Shown here: piece by piece, positions 1 through 10,108 of the stretch
How positions within the stretch are numbered: the stretch's first letter is position 1
How the letters are laid out: each line of letters starts with the position of its first letter
NCBI GenBank assembly: GCA_963665665.1
Contig: OY762428.1
Location: 2,624,001 to 2,688,000 of the forward strand
Reading direction: 5' to 3'
DNA from: Candidatus Kapaibacterium sp.
GTDB lineage: Bacteria > Bacteroidota > Ignavibacteria > Kapaibacteriales > UBA2268
DNA length: 64,000 bases
Notes under the pieces: generated by a model
Database searches by the model: none
Told to the model about the DNA's origin: nothing
Seen by the model: the letters and a program-made list of their open reading frames with translations, nothing else
Program-made: the position numbers and the translations under genes

Positions 1-1
1 T

Positions 2-463
2 GTAAATGCTGCTTCCTGGCTGATAAGCAAAAAATGTATATCACGAAATGGTGGTTTTATGCCGGCATTTCCTCATTATGGAGAAGACAGGAATTACTGC
101 CACCGCGTAATAAACTCAGATTTGAAAATTGGAATAGTTCCAGGTATTTTAATGGTTCATGACAGGGGTAATAGAGAAGGCCGCAAAACAGATAAATCAT
201 TCAAATTTAGAAAGAATATTGCTTACGTTGATATATTAATCTCAATAACAACAAGTTGTTCAAATTCCATTTTCATTTTTTTCTCTAAAACTCTTTTCGA
301 ATTATTAAAAAAAATATGGTATAAAAAATCACAACCATTTGCAGTTATTTACTTAATATTGGCTTATTTGAAAATACTTTATAACTTAAGAGATATTTAT
401 CATCAAGTTTTACTTAGCAAAACTAAAGATTCACATTTTCTTGATTTTAATATTTACAACTAA
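2..463 (+). CDS. Glycosyltransferase family 2 protein, C-terminal part (5' end outside window)
   Basis: Frame is open from position 2 (VNAASWLISKKC...GGFMPAFPHYGEDRNYCHR). This is the typical GT2 'GGF..F..YGED.D.C.R' motif; lies in a polysaccharide locus. Confidence 0.8.
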   Translation, partial: VNAASWLISKKCISRNGGFMPAFPHYGEDRNYCHRVINSDLKIGIVPGILMVHDRGNREGRKTDKSFKFRKNIAYVDILISITTSCSNSIFIFFSKTLFELLKKIWYKKSQPFAVIYLILAYLKILYNLRDIYHQVLLSKTKDSHFLDFNIYN

Positions 464-469
464 CTTATC

Positions 470-1393
470 ATGAAACTTATTATTTTAATACCAACACATA
501 ACAGGCTTCAACTTTTAAAAAGAGCTTTGGATTCTTTGGCTAAATGCGATTTTCCCACTGAGTATTCCAAAACGATTGTTATTGAAAATGGTGGTAAATT
601 CGGCGTTGAAGAATTAATTAAAGATTATAATCATATTCAGGTGGAGTATCAATACCAGGAATTAGGCAATAAAAGTGCAGCCCTGAATTCTGCTCTTGAA
701 GGTATTTCCTCTAAATCCTTGATCTATTTTACCGATGATGATGTAAGGTTTTCTACTCAGGTTTTAAAAGCATATTGCAAGACAGCCAAAAAGTATCCGG
801 ATAAAAACATATATGGTGGTCCGGTAGGAGTTGATTATGAAGGAAAAACACCTGATAACTGGCTGTTGAATTATTTACCTGATTCTGCTAAAGGTTGGAA
901 TTATACAAACAAACAGTTATTATCTCGAAACATCAATTTCTTAGGCATCAACTGGGCTGCATATTCTGACGATTTAAAAACCAACGGACTTTTTAACTCT
1001 AACTTTGGTCCTGGGGGAAATACAGTAGGTAGAGGTCAGGAAACAACAATGCAAAATAAAATGCTGAAAAATGGATGGAAATCTTGTTACATTCCTGATG
1101 CTAAAGTTTGGCATTATGTCCCAAAGAATAGATCAGATAAAAAATTTACTTTAGAACACATATACAAGGTAGGAAGAACTCAGGGATATAAACAAGCTCA
1201 AAATAAATATTCCTTATACTTCCCATCTGATATTTATAAAGGAATTATCTTCCAATTATACATGATATTAACCTGGCCATTTTTTAATAAAGGATTTCAG
1301 CACAAAGAAGAAAAAATCTTTTTTTTCAAATATAAGTTCAATTTTGTTAAAGGCATGGTTCAGGGCTTTTTTTACCAGAAGTCGAGGAATTGA
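470..1393 (+). CDS. Glycosyltransferase family 2
   Basis: N-terminal IPTHNR, 'KSAALN', DxD-like FTDDD, 'GQET' and 'VWHYVP' GT2 motifs. Confidence 0.9.
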   Translation: MKLIILIPTHNRLQLLKRALDSLAKCDFPTEYSKTIVIENGGKFGVEELIKDYNHIQVEYQYQELGNKSAALNSALEGISSKSLIYFTDDDVRFSTQVLKAYCKTAKKYPDKNIYGGPVGVDYEGKTPDNWLLNYLPDSAKGWNYTNKQLLSRNINFLGINWAAYSDDLKTNGLFNSNFGPGGNTVGRGQETTMQNKMLKNGWKSCYIPDAKVWHYVPKNRSDKKFTLEHIYKVGRTQGYKQAQNKYSLYFPSDIYKGIIFQLYMILTWPFFNKGFQHKEEKIFFFKYKFNFVKGMVQGFFYQKSRN

Positions 1394-1443
1394 TAATATC
1401 AAAAGTTTTTTTTCATTTTAAGAACATATTTAGATCTGTATTA

Positions 1444-2379
1444 ATGGAACTTATAATAATTATTCCAACACATAAAAGACCTGAACTTTTAGGGAGAACT
1501 TTAGATTCTTTAGCTAAATGCGATTTTCCCGATGAATATTCAAAGACAATTGTAGTAGAGAACGGTGGCAAATTTGGCGTTGAAGAATTAGTTAAGGATT
1601 ATAAAAATATTCAGGTTGAGTATCAATATCAGGAATTAGGTAATAAAAGCGCAGCCCTGAATTCTGTTCTTGATAAAGTTCCCCCGAAATCATTGATTTA
1701 TTTTACCGATGATGATGTAAGGTTTTCTACTCGGGTTTTAATTGCTTACTGCAAAGCAGCAAAAAATAATCCTTATAAATACGTTTATGGGGGACCTTTT
1801 GAAGTTGACTATGAATACAAAAAACCAGAGAGCTGGCTATCAAAATATTTACCTGATTCGGCCAAAGGCTGGAATAAAGGAAATAATCTAATATTGTCTA
1901 AAAATATCAATTTTATTGGATTTAATTGGGCTGCTTTTGCACATGATATATTGGCGAACGGAGGATTTAATAACCAATTCGGGCCGGGTAATAATACAAT
2001 CGGTAGAGGTCAGGAAACAACAATGCAGGAAATTATGTATAAGAATGGTTGGCAATCTTGTTACATTCCTGATGCTAAAGTTTGGCATTATGTCCCTGAA
2101 ATTCGTTCTGATGAAAATTTTGCAATAACTCATCTATACAAAGAAGGCAAAACAATCGGGGCAAAATTAAGAAAATATAAGAACCCATTGATCATTTCAA
2201 CATCAATAATTATGAAAATTATTTATCATCTGTTTAAAGTATTAATATTTTTAATTTTTAATTTTTTTACTTCAGATATTAAAGAAAAAAAATTTCATGT
2301 TAAATACAAATGGAATTATTTAAAGGGGGTAATTGAAGGATATAAATATCGGGATATTAACAAGCAAACCTTCTTATAA
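1444..2379 (+). CDS. Glycosyltransferase family 2 (tandem paralog of 470..1393)
   Basis: ATG at 1444 aligns with the paralog start (MELIIIIPTH); same FTDDD and GQET motifs. Confidence 0.9.
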   Translation: MELIIIIPTHKRPELLGRTLDSLAKCDFPDEYSKTIVVENGGKFGVEELVKDYKNIQVEYQYQELGNKSAALNSVLDKVPPKSLIYFTDDDVRFSTRVLIAYCKAAKNNPYKYVYGGPFEVDYEYKKPESWLSKYLPDSAKGWNKGNNLILSKNINFIGFNWAAFAHDILANGGFNNQFGPGNNTIGRGQETTMQEIMYKNGWQSCYIPDAKVWHYVPEIRSDENFAITHLYKEGKTIGAKLRKYKNPLIISTSIIMKIIYHLFKVLIFLIFNFFTSDIKEKKFHVKYKWNYLKGVIEGYKYRDINKQTFL

Positions 2380-2441
2380 ATTTGGTGATGCTATGTGTCG
2401 TTGTTTAATGGGAATTTAAAATTGTTGATCGGTATTAATTC

Positions 2442-3677
2442 ATGAATATACTCCATATAAATACGCAGGCTGGCGGCGGGGCAGGAATTGCTGCAAAAAG
2501 GATTATGAAAGCCCTTGAAAAAAAAGGGCATCATTCGGATATGCTGGTTCTTTTCGGCAATAATGATCCGGAAAATCATATATACAATTTTTGGGGCGTG
2601 AAACATAATGCCATTCAATATATGAAAATGGCATATCACCCTGTCATTAATAGAATTAATACTTTCGGCCGGAAATTTAAGCCGGAAATGTTTTCCAGGC
2701 CACGAAGCCTGATTGATATTACAAGTCATGATTTGTATAAGAAAGCCGATATAATCCATTTGCATTGGGTAGCACATTTTCTTGATTATCCATCATTCTT
2801 TAAAAAGAACAATAAACCTGTAGTTTGGACATTGCACGATCAAAATCCTTTTACTGGGGGTTGTCATTATTCATTTGAATGCAATAATTTCTTGCAAAAC
2901 TGTAATAATTGCCCTCAGCTTGTTGGAGCATTTAATCAGAACTTTTCAGTATCCAATATTAATAAAAAGAGTCAAGCACTAAAAAATTTTCACAAACTTC
3001 ATATAGTAACACCCTCAAACTGGCTGTTGGAGCTGTCTAGGAAAAGTACGGTTTTTAAAAAAATTCTACACACTCGTATTAGGCATTGCCTTGATCCCAA
3101 GGAGTTTTTTCCTGAAAACAAATCTCAGGCAAGAAAACAATTCAATATTCCCGACGACTCTATTGTTCTTTCTTTTGTATCTCAAAACATCGAGAAGGAA
3201 TACAAAGGTTTCGGATTGCTGATTAATGCATTGAAAAAAATCTATGCTGATAATATTGTTCTTTTGGCTATTGGAGAACAACTAACTGATACAATTAATT
3301 CTGATATAATCATTATTAATACTGGCTTTATAGATAATACTGAAATATTGAGAAAGGCTTACAGCGCCTCGAATTTATTTGTTAACCCATCACTTTCAGA
3401 AAGTTTCTCCCTGACAACTGCTGAAGCGCAAATGTGTGGAACACCCGTTTTGGTCTTTCCCGTAACGGCAGTGCAGGAATTAGTTGACCATGGAATCAAT
3501 GGTATTAAAACAAATAAACCTGATAGTGATTCACTGTTTCAATCAATTCAACTATTCATAGATAATAAATTTTATTTTGATTGTGATAAAATTACCAATT
3601 TGGCCAGGCAAAATTATAGCGAAAATTCAACTGCCAATAACTATATAAAAATTTATGAAGAACTATTGAAAAAATAA
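2442..3677 (+). CDS. Glycosyltransferase family 4 (WcaC-like)
   Basis: GGAG near the N-terminus, 'IIHLHWV', 'WTLHD..PFTGGCHY...C', and C-terminal ESFSLTTAEA (EX7E). Confidence 0.9.
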   Translation: MNILHINTQAGGGAGIAAKRIMKALEKKGHHSDMLVLFGNNDPENHIYNFWGVKHNAIQYMKMAYHPVINRINTFGRKFKPEMFSRPRSLIDITSHDLYKKADIIHLHWVAHFLDYPSFFKKNNKPVVWTLHDQNPFTGGCHYSFECNNFLQNCNNCPQLVGAFNQNFSVSNINKKSQALKNFHKLHIVTPSNWLLELSRKSTVFKKILHTRIRHCLDPKEFFPENKSQARKQFNIPDDSIVLSFVSQNIEKEYKGFGLLINALKKIYADNIVLLAIGEQLTDTINSDIIIINTGFIDNTEILRKAYSASNLFVNPSLSESFSLTTAEAQMCGTPVLVFPVTAVQELVDHGINGIKTNKPDSDSLFQSIQLFIDNKFYFDCDKITNLARQNYSENSTANNYIKIYEELLKK

Positions 3678-3708
3678 TTTTTGAAATTATTAATTTTGGG
3701 TTATTATC

Positions 3709-4692
3709 ATGAAATTTTCGAAGATTGTAAAACTTATTTCAAATCATGAAAGTATAATTTTATCTCCTCCGGTTTTAATGGACATTGGCGCATCAGGCTA
3801 TATAAATAAACACTGGAAAAAAATAGCATCATTTTCAATATGTATAGCATTTGATGCTGATGACAGAGAGTTCGAGTATATTGAAGATAAGAAATCATTA
3901 TATAAGAAACTTATTAAAGTGAATAAAATTCTTGTAGCTGAAGGCGAAGGTATTAGGGATTTCTATTTAACAAAATCTCCATACTGCTCTAGCCTTCTTG
4001 AACCGAATAATGCCTCGCTTGAAAAATTTCAGTTTTCTTCTCTATTCGATATTGAAAAACAAATAGAAATATCTTCAATAAGTTTGCCAAAGGTAATCGA
4101 TGATCTGTCAATAAAAAATATTGACTGGTTTAAAACTGATTCTCAGGGAACAGATCTTAGATTATTGATTTCTGTTGATCCAAAAATATTTAGAAAGATG
4201 ATTGTTATAGAAATTGAGCCTGGATTTATTGACGCTTATAAGGATGAAGATAAAATATTAGATTGTCTGAATTTCATGGAGCAGAATAAAGATTTTTTCC
4301 TTGCTGATTTTATAATTAAAGGGCCTTTAAGAATTCCAGATGATATTTTTAATTCATTTTTTAAAAGTACTTTATTAACAAAAATCGCTGCATATTGCAA
4401 TAAACCTGTTCCAGGCTGGGCAGAAATCACTTTTATGAACGATATGGAGAATCCTGATGCTAAGTTCACAAGTCGAGATATTATTTTGGCTTGGCTATTT
4501 AGTTCTTTACAAGATCATCATGCATTAGCATATGTATATGGAGAAATTGGACAAAAAAGATTTAAAGATGATCCTATATTTATAACTCTTCAAAATTATT
4601 CAACAAAAAAATTGAAGTATGGAATGTATAGCTTGAGTTCGTTAATAAAGTTGAGTAAATTTTTTTTTAAGAGATTCTTTAAAATTCAATAG
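3709..4692 (+). CDS. FkbM-like SAM-dependent methyltransferase
   Basis: 'DIGA' SAM motif and '[10 protein letters not shown]' (FkbM-type K.D.QG); polysaccharide context. Confidence 0.7.
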   Translation: MKFSKIVKLISNHESIILSPPVLMDIGASGYINKHWKKIASFSICIAFDADDREFEYIEDKKSLYKKLIKVNKILVAEGEGIRDFYLTKSPYCSSLLEPNNASLEKFQFSSLFDIEKQIEISSISLPKVIDDLSIKNIDWFKTDSQGTDLRLLISVDPKIFRKMIVIEIEPGFIDAYKDEDKILDCLNFMEQNKDFFLADFIIKGPLRIPDDIFNSFFKSTLLTKIAAYCNKPVPGWAEITFMNDMENPDAKFTSRDIILAWLFSSLQDHHALAYVYGEIGQKRFKDDPIFITLQNYSTKKLKYGMYSLSSLIKLSKFFFKRFFKIQ

Positions 4693-4727
4693 TTAAACAA
4701 ACAATAATAAATAAAGCGAAAAACATT

Positions 4728-5876
4728 ATGAAAAAAGCACTGATAACAGGAATAACAGGACAGGATGGGTCATACCTGGCAGAGATGCTGCTGGCAAAGG
4801 GATATGAGGTTCATGGGATTATCCGCAGGGCCAGCACATTCAATACACAGAGAATTGACCATATTTACCAGGATCCGCACGAGGATGAAGTAAAGATGTA
4901 TCTTCACTACGGCGACCTGGCTGATCCCGGCCTAATCACCGAAATGATGTATAATATTCAACCGGATGAGATCTACCACCTTGGAGCACAGAGCCACGTG
5001 CGTGTATCATTCGATATGCCGGAATATACCGGAAACGTAACAGGGCTGGGTACTACCAGGCTGCTGGAAGCTGTACGCCGCAGCGGCATAAAAACAAAAT
5101 TCTACCAGGCTTCAACATCTGAGCTTTTCGGGGCTGCCAAACCTCCGCAAAGTGAAACTACGGTATTCCAGCCGCAAAGCCCTTATGCCATTGCCAAGAT
5201 GTATTCCTACTGGATGGTGAAGAACTATCGCGAGGCATATAATATGTTTGCATGCAACGGCATCCTGTTCAACCACGAAAGCCCCCGCCGCGGCGAAATA
5301 TTTGTAACTAGAAAAATTACACGCGCCGTGGCAAGGATTCTTGCAGGAAATCAAAAGAAGATATTCCTTGGCAACTTAGACGCTAAGCGCGACTGGGGAT
5401 TTGCACCGGAATATGTTGAAATGATGTGGCTAATGCTTCAGGCCGACGAGCCGGAAGATTATGCCGTGGGAACAGGTGAAAGCCATTCTGTTCGCGAATT
5501 CGTGGAAACGGCTTTCAACTATGCAGGCGTGGAAATTGAATGGCAGGGAGAAGGCGTGGGAACAAAAGGTCTGGTAAAATCAAATACTTTCAATTCAGGG
5601 CCCAAACCGGGCGACAGCATTATTGAAATCGATCCGAGATATTTCCGTCCCACTGAGGTTGATTTCCTTCTCGCTGATATTTCCAAGGCAAAGGAAATAC
5701 TGAAATGGGAGCCGCGAGTAAAATTTAACGAACTGGTTCAGGTTATGACTGATTTCGATATGATGCAGAACGGACTGAAAGCCCCCGGAACGGGCATGAA
5801 ATCCGTGAAAGAGAAAGGAATTGCCTGGACAGACCATAAATTTGTGAATTTCCTTGATATTAACAACGAAGTGTGA
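4728..5876 (+). CDS. gmd: GDP-mannose 4,6-dehydratase
   Basis: [34 protein letters not shown] and RDWG motifs. Confidence 0.98.
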   Translation: MKKALITGITGQDGSYLAEMLLAKGYEVHGIIRRASTFNTQRIDHIYQDPHEDEVKMYLHYGDLADPGLITEMMYNIQPDEIYHLGAQSHVRVSFDMPEYTGNVTGLGTTRLLEAVRRSGIKTKFYQASTSELFGAAKPPQSETTVFQPQSPYAIAKMYSYWMVKNYREAYNMFACNGILFNHESPRRGEIFVTRKITRAVARILAGNQKKIFLGNLDAKRDWGFAPEYVEMMWLMLQADEPEDYAVGTGESHSVREFVETAFNYAGVEIEWQGEGVGTKGLVKSNTFNSGPKPGDSIIEIDPRYFRPTEVDFLLADISKAKEILKWEPRVKFNELVQVMTDFDMMQNGLKAPGTGMKSVKEKGIAWTDHKFVNFLDINNEV

Positions 5877-5890
5877 TCGGGATAAATACT

Positions 5891-6940
5891 ATGGAAAAAA
5901 ATTCAAAGATACTGATAGCCGGATACAAGGGCATGGTTGGTTCGGCAATATATAAAACCCTGCAAATCAAGGGATATGACAATTTTATCCTTGCTGATAA
6001 AGATGATGTTGACTTTACAAGGCAGGCCGATACTGAAGAATTTTTCGCGCAGCTTAAGCCGGACTATGTTTTTCTTGCCGCCGCAAAAGTGGGCGGAATT
6101 GTAGCCAATAATACTTATAAGGCCGAGTTTATTTTCGATAATATGTCGATAGCTATGAATATTATCAACTCAGCTAATAAATCGGGCGTTAAAAAGCTGC
6201 TTAACCTGGGCTCCTCATGTATATATCCCAAGTTTGCGCCGCAGCCCATGCAGGAAAATCACCTTCTGACAGGCGAGCTGGAACCCACCAACGAACCTTA
6301 CGCTATTGCCAAAATTTCAGCTATCAAGCTTTGTCGTTATTTCAACGAGCAGTATGGAACTGATTTTATTTCAGTGATGCCTACCAATCTCTTTGGTCTG
6401 AACGATAATTATAACCTGGAAACATCCCATGTGCTGCCGGCATTGATAAGGAAAATGATTCTCGGTAAAGCGCTGAGGAATAATAATTTTGAATTCCTGA
6501 GGGAAGATATTAAAAAGCGCCCCCTGGGATACAAACTGGAAGATAATATCACTGATAATGATTCTATTGTTAGTGCGCTGGCAGAACTCGGGATAACAGC
6601 CGAATATGTAAAAATTTGGGGAACCGGCAAAGTTATGCGAGAATTCCTCCACGCTGACGATATGGCAGCAGCCTGCGTTTTTCTGATGGAGAATAAATCC
6701 TATGATGAAATCGGTGAATTTGTAAATATTGGTACAGGCGAGGACTTGTCGATTGCTGAGCTGGCGGAAACTATTCAAAAAGTTACTGGATACGAAGGCG
6801 AACTTCGTTTCGATGCCGATAAACCGGAAGGAACTCCCCGAAAATTATTGGATGTCAGCCGTATAAAATCTCTTGGCTGGAAACCTGAAATTAGCTTAGA
6901 GGAAGGTATCGGGAAGGTTGTGGGAAGCTATCTATCATAA
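5891..6940 (+). CDS. fcl: GDP-L-fucose synthase
   Basis: [37 protein letters not shown]; follows gmd; ATG at 5891. Confidence 0.96.
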   Translation: MEKNSKILIAGYKGMVGSAIYKTLQIKGYDNFILADKDDVDFTRQADTEEFFAQLKPDYVFLAAAKVGGIVANNTYKAEFIFDNMSIAMNIINSANKSGVKKLLNLGSSCIYPKFAPQPMQENHLLTGELEPTNEPYAIAKISAIKLCRYFNEQYGTDFISVMPTNLFGLNDNYNLETSHVLPALIRKMILGKALRNNNFEFLREDIKKRPLGYKLEDNITDNDSIVSALAELGITAEYVKIWGTGKVMREFLHADDMAAACVFLMENKSYDEIGEFVNIGTGEDLSIAELAETIQKVTGYEGELRFDADKPEGTPRKLLDVSRIKSLGWKPEISLEEGIGKVVGSYLS

Positions 6941-6950
6941 AATGAAAATG

Positions 6951-7069
6951 AATCAATCAGTTCTTTGAAATGTGCGGTTTTAACCTTCGGAAGGTTTGTG
7001 CTAAATATCAGCGGTATAATCAATTGTATTGTTCTTGAAAAGGATGCTTCCGAAGGTTCGGGTAGGTCG
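6951..7069. repeat. Repeat A copy 1: GTTCTTTGAAA followed by an inverted pair of AACCTTC[G/C]GAAGGTT palindromes (REP-doublet-like)
   Basis: Aligns by eye with 7745..7863, 8432..8508 and 8679..8779. Confidence 0.85.
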
Positions 7070-7174
7070 GGCATGACTATTCCCTGCAAAGATTCGGCAT
7101 CGTATAGTGTGAATACAATCTATATAGATACAACTAGAGATTCATAAAAAAGAATTAAGGAAGAGGAAGATAAT

Positions 7175-7552
7175 ATGTTTTTTCCATATCTGCATAAGAA
7201 AATAATTAAAATATTATGTGAGAGAAATAAACTTAGAGAGATAGAAGATAATTATTTTGATAGTATAATTTTAGTTTTTGAATACTCTGAATTTATCTTG
7301 TTAGAGGTTGACTATGATCATGATGAGATCGTAATGCAGGAAATAGATAATATTCCTACTAATATTGATTATGTCACATATTATCCAACTTTTGCAAAGG
7401 ATAGAGAATTAAAATCGGTTTGGGTTTGTAGAGGTATTTACGAATGTGATGATTTGCTCCTTCTCGGTATTAATAAGTCTTTACCAAATTTCGCTATATA
7501 TTCTTCATGTGAAGGATTGGAAATATTTGAAATAAATTTGAATAAATTATGA
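7175..7552 (+). CDS. Hypothetical acidic protein, possible immunity protein
   Basis: 125-aa AT-rich ORF with purine-rich SD-like leader (aaggaagagga); no recognisable family. Confidence 0.55.
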   Translation: MFFPYLHKKIIKILCERNKLREIEDNYFDSIILVFEYSEFILLEVDYDHDEIVMQEIDNIPTNIDYVTYYPTFAKDRELKSVWVCRGIYECDDLLLLGINKSLPNFAIYSSCEGLEIFEINLNKL

Positions 7553-7714
7553 AATTAATTATAAAATTACGTATACTTTATCTCATCCCCTCTCTTAGCC
7601 TCCGAATTCATCGAGAATCGTAGCCAGTGGGATGCGGATGTACGCTACAAAACTGAAAACGCCGGGGTGACGGCATGGATTATGCCCGGCAGTGTGGCAG
7701 GGAAAAGAATTTGA
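7549..7714 (+). pseudogene. 5' fragment of a secreted protein (resembles the N-terminal domain of SBBP/T9SS proteins)
   Basis: ATG overlaps the previous stop. After a frameshift it reads ISSPLLASEFIENRSQWDADVRYKTENAGVTAWI, similar to the 'FIENKGQW...V.Y......AWIT' start of such proteins, then ends. Confidence 0.45.
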
Positions 7715-7744
7715 AATAATAATTCATATCTTAACTTAAAGGGC

Positions 7745-7863
7745 AATCAATCAGTTCTTTGAAATGTGCAGATTCAACCTTCGGAAGGTTTGGGTTAAAT
7801 ATTGCCGATATTATCAACGGCAAAGTTCCTGAACAGTAACCTTCCGAAGGTTCGGGTAGGTCG
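7745..7863. repeat. Repeat A copy 2
   Basis: AACCTTCGGAAGGTT at 7776-7790 and its reverse complement at 7838-7852. Confidence 0.85.
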
Positions 7864-8005
7864 ATTATGGCTTAAATATTTTACAAATTTCTTTGCTGAT
7901 TTATCATATTGATGTCCAATAATTTATTGGAAATATTTGATATTATATCTATATTTATTGTAATATTCTGATGAATCCGGTGTCTTCATTTAAAAAGGAG
8001 TTATT

Positions 8006-8230
8006 ATGATTACAAATCTGACAGCAGTGTACAAAAAAGTAACCGAAGGTTATATCGGCTATGTTGAGGAGTTGCCGGGTGCTAATGCTCAGGGCCTTAC
8101 GCTTGATGAGGTAAAACAGAATCTGAGGGAAGCCGTACTGCTTGTTCTTGAAACTAACCGTGAGATCAGCAGGATTGAAACCCCGGAGAATCCGGAATTT
8201 GAAGAGACTTTCAGTTTAAGCATGACATGA
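8006..8230 (+). CDS. hicB: HicB-family antitoxin (short form)
   Basis: 'GYVEELPGANAQGLTLDEVKQNLREA' HicB motif; AAGGAG SD; stop overlaps the hicA start (ATGA). Confidence 0.9.
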   Translation: MITNLTAVYKKVTEGYIGYVEELPGANAQGLTLDEVKQNLREAVLLVLETNREISRIETPENPEFEETFSLSMT

Positions 8231-8421
8231 AAAGGAAGAAGTTCCTGAAATACCTGCTTTCTCTTGGTATTGTATTGCACAGAGAGGGAGGCAATCATTC
8301 TGTATTTATAAATCCCATTGCAAAAAGAATATCAACAGTTCCGCGACATAATGAGATTAACGACTTCCTTATTAACAAAATTTGCCGGGACCTTGATATT
8401 CCTGCTCCAACTAAGCGTTAA
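8227..8421 (+). CDS. hicA: HicA-family mRNA interferase toxin
   Basis: 64 aa; 'REGGNHSVF...VPRHNEI...KICRDL' HicA pattern. Confidence 0.9.
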   Translation: MKRKKFLKYLLSLGIVLHREGGNHSVFINPIAKRISTVPRHNEINDFLINKICRDLDIPAPTKR

Positions 8422-8431
8422 TTCACGGCTT

Positions 8432-8508
8432 GACCTTCCGATGGTTTGTGTTATATATTACCGGTATCATCAATCGTGTTGTTCCTGAACATGAACCTTC
8501 CGAATGTT
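8432..8508. repeat. Repeat A copy 3 (degenerate, lacks the GTTCTTTGAAA head)
   Basis: gaccttccgatggtttgtg ... gttcctgaacatgaaccttccgaatgtt. Confidence 0.7.
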
Positions 8509-8516
8509 TTGCCATT

Positions 8517-8616
8517 CAGCTCCGTAGGAGCGACACAAAACGAAATGCCGCCCCTACGGGGCTTATACATGTGATTGGGTAATAAATACTACAAAAATAC
8601 CGCAGCTACGCTGCTG
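8517..8616. repeat. GTAG-type REP-like palindrome cluster
   Basis: agctccGTAGgagcg...cgccCCTACggggct inverted pair, plus ccgcagCTACgctgct. Confidence 0.7.
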
Positions 8617-8678
8617 ATGTATTATTAGATTACCCCTTTGAAATAATAATAAATATGCTTAATTTATAGGCAGGCAGG

Positions 8679-8779
8679 CAGTTCTTTGAAATGTTGCGGT
8701 TTCAACCTTCGGAAGGTTTGTGTTAATTATTAACGGTAAAGTTCCTGAACAGGAACCTTCCGAAGGTTCGGGTAGGCCG
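8679..8779. repeat. Repeat A copy 4
   Basis: Palindromes at 8704-8718 and 8754-8768; GTTCTTTGAAA head. Confidence 0.85.
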
Positions 8780-8920
8780 ATTATTGCTTAAATATTTTAC
8801 AAATTTCTTTGCTGATTTATCATATTGATGTCCAATAATTTATTGGAAATATTTGATATTATATCTATATTTATTGTAATATTCTGATGAATCCGGTGTC
8901 TTCATTTAAAAAGAGTTATT

Positions 8921-8993
8921 ATGATTACAAATCTGACGGCAGTGTATAAAAAAGTAACCGAAGGTTATATCGGCTATGTTGAGGAGTTCCCGG
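8921..8993 (+). pseudogene. Truncated duplicate of hicB 5' end
   Basis: MITNLTAVYKKVTEGYIGYVEEFP and about 140 bp of upstream DNA are nearly identical to 7864..8078. Confidence 0.85.
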
Positions 8994-9292
8994 ACGCTAT
9001 ACAAATGTTCAAAGGCAAGTTGGCCGTAAAACTCTCTTGCAGCCTTATCTTTGATTGGTATCATGGTTAGAAAATGAGACCATGACAATTGTCGTGACAG
9101 CGTAGCGACAATTTGTTTGCCATATTCTGCTCTTTCTGATTTTAGTTCGAAAGTCAGAATTTTGTAGCCAATTTGCCAGAATAAAATGGTCAACGAACTA
9201 TTCACAGTCGAAACAACATATTGCTTTGATTTTTCTATGAGCGCAATAATGTCGCTAATCAAATTCTTGGAATTATGTTTATTATCTGCCAT
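8984..9292 (-). pseudogene. DUF1016/YhcG-like N-terminal fragment, internally deleted and 3'-truncated
   Basis: 'VNSSLTILFWQIG...RAEYGKQIVATLSRQLSWSHF...REFY...YSVREL' motifs; the PDDEXK C-terminal half is missing. Confidence 0.8.
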
Positions 9293-9395
9293 CTTGATAC
9301 TCTCCTCATCAATAAATTTATCATAATTTTCTTCAAGTCCGATAAGACCAGATATTCAATACATGCCAGTGCATTACTCGCCGGAATTCCAATTA

Positions 9396-9458
9396 TTCCC
9401 TCTTGCCCCCGACAGGTCGGGGCAGGGCGGGTGGCGAGCGCAGCGATGCGGGGTGGAT
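9396..9458. repeat. GC-rich palindromic element (CCCTC...GGGTGG type) with nested CCCCGACAGGTCGGGG hairpin
   Basis: GC-rich hairpin cluster in AT-rich context. Confidence 0.6.
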
Positions 9459-9480
9459 ATACCCTGTTATTGAAGATTTC

Positions 9481-9654
9481 TCAAATTTCACCGGTTACTT
9501 TCAATATTACAACTGTAATTCCCATAATTACAATCCAAATAAAGAGTCCAAGAAAAAATTCACTTATTGAATCTTCACGATGGTCATAAACTCCTCCTTC
9601 AAAACCGGAGAATATCCACTTAAAAAATGCTGCAATTGTATTGATACTATCCAT
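9481..9654 (-). CDS. Small membrane protein, candidate immunity protein
   Basis: MDSINTIAAFFKWIF...FFLGLFIWIVIMGITVVIL with a hydrophobic C-terminus; ATG overlaps the end of the upstream fragment. Confidence 0.45.
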   Translation of the reverse strand: MDSINTIAAFFKWIFSGFEGGVYDHREDSISEFFLGLFIWIVIMGITVVILKVTGEI

Positions 9655-10097
9655 CACTATTATCCTCTGATTTGTTCTCATTCTTTTTGTTATCTTTAAC
9701 CTTATTTGAAGTTTCTTGAAGAATATCAGCAGCGTCTTCACTACGACTTTTTGTGTTTGAAATCTTTAAAATTTTTTTCATTTTCTTGAAACTTATTCCA
9801 AACATCATTAATGTTCGACTTGGCAGGTTTAGTTTTAGTAAGTTTACAATAATTCAAGAAACATTGAAGAATAGTTTTTCCTTTTACAGCAACAACTTTT
9901 AATCCATTTTTCATAATATCTCCAACTGGAACACTCGTAGCAAAAGCAGCAACTCTTTCGTTTCCATTCACACTGTTTCCCCCACCATCGTAACCAGAAA
10001 CTGCTTTATATGGATCATCAATTACAGAATACAATACTGAAGCAACAAACTTAGAAACTGCTTCAGGAGCATCTTCTGAATCAGATTTTAACTTTCC
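9647..10097 (-). pseudogene. Startless polymorphic-toxin (RHS-type) C-terminal fragment, frameshifted
   Basis: No ATG; 'YKAVSGYDGGGNSVNGNERVAAFATSVPVG' resembles pre-toxin TG motifs. An alternate frame near 9750 continues as SRSEDAADILQ...NKSEDNSDG* and overlaps the next ATG. Confidence 0.45.
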
Positions 10098-10108
10098 TTA
10101 TTTTCAAT

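Noticed and set aside
6430-6610. About 45-aa insertion in Fcl as an intein or novelty
   Set aside because: No intein motifs; a similar insertion is common in Bacteroidota-type Fcl proteins.
6951-8779. Repeat A as a CRISPR array or integron attC array
   Set aside because: Units are long and degenerate with irregular spacing of hundreds of bp; no cas or intI gene and no clear RYYYAAC...GTTRRRY cores.
9275-9589. 104-aa plus-strand ORF
   Set aside because: Crosses a GC-rich palindrome and lies antisense to better-supported ORFs.
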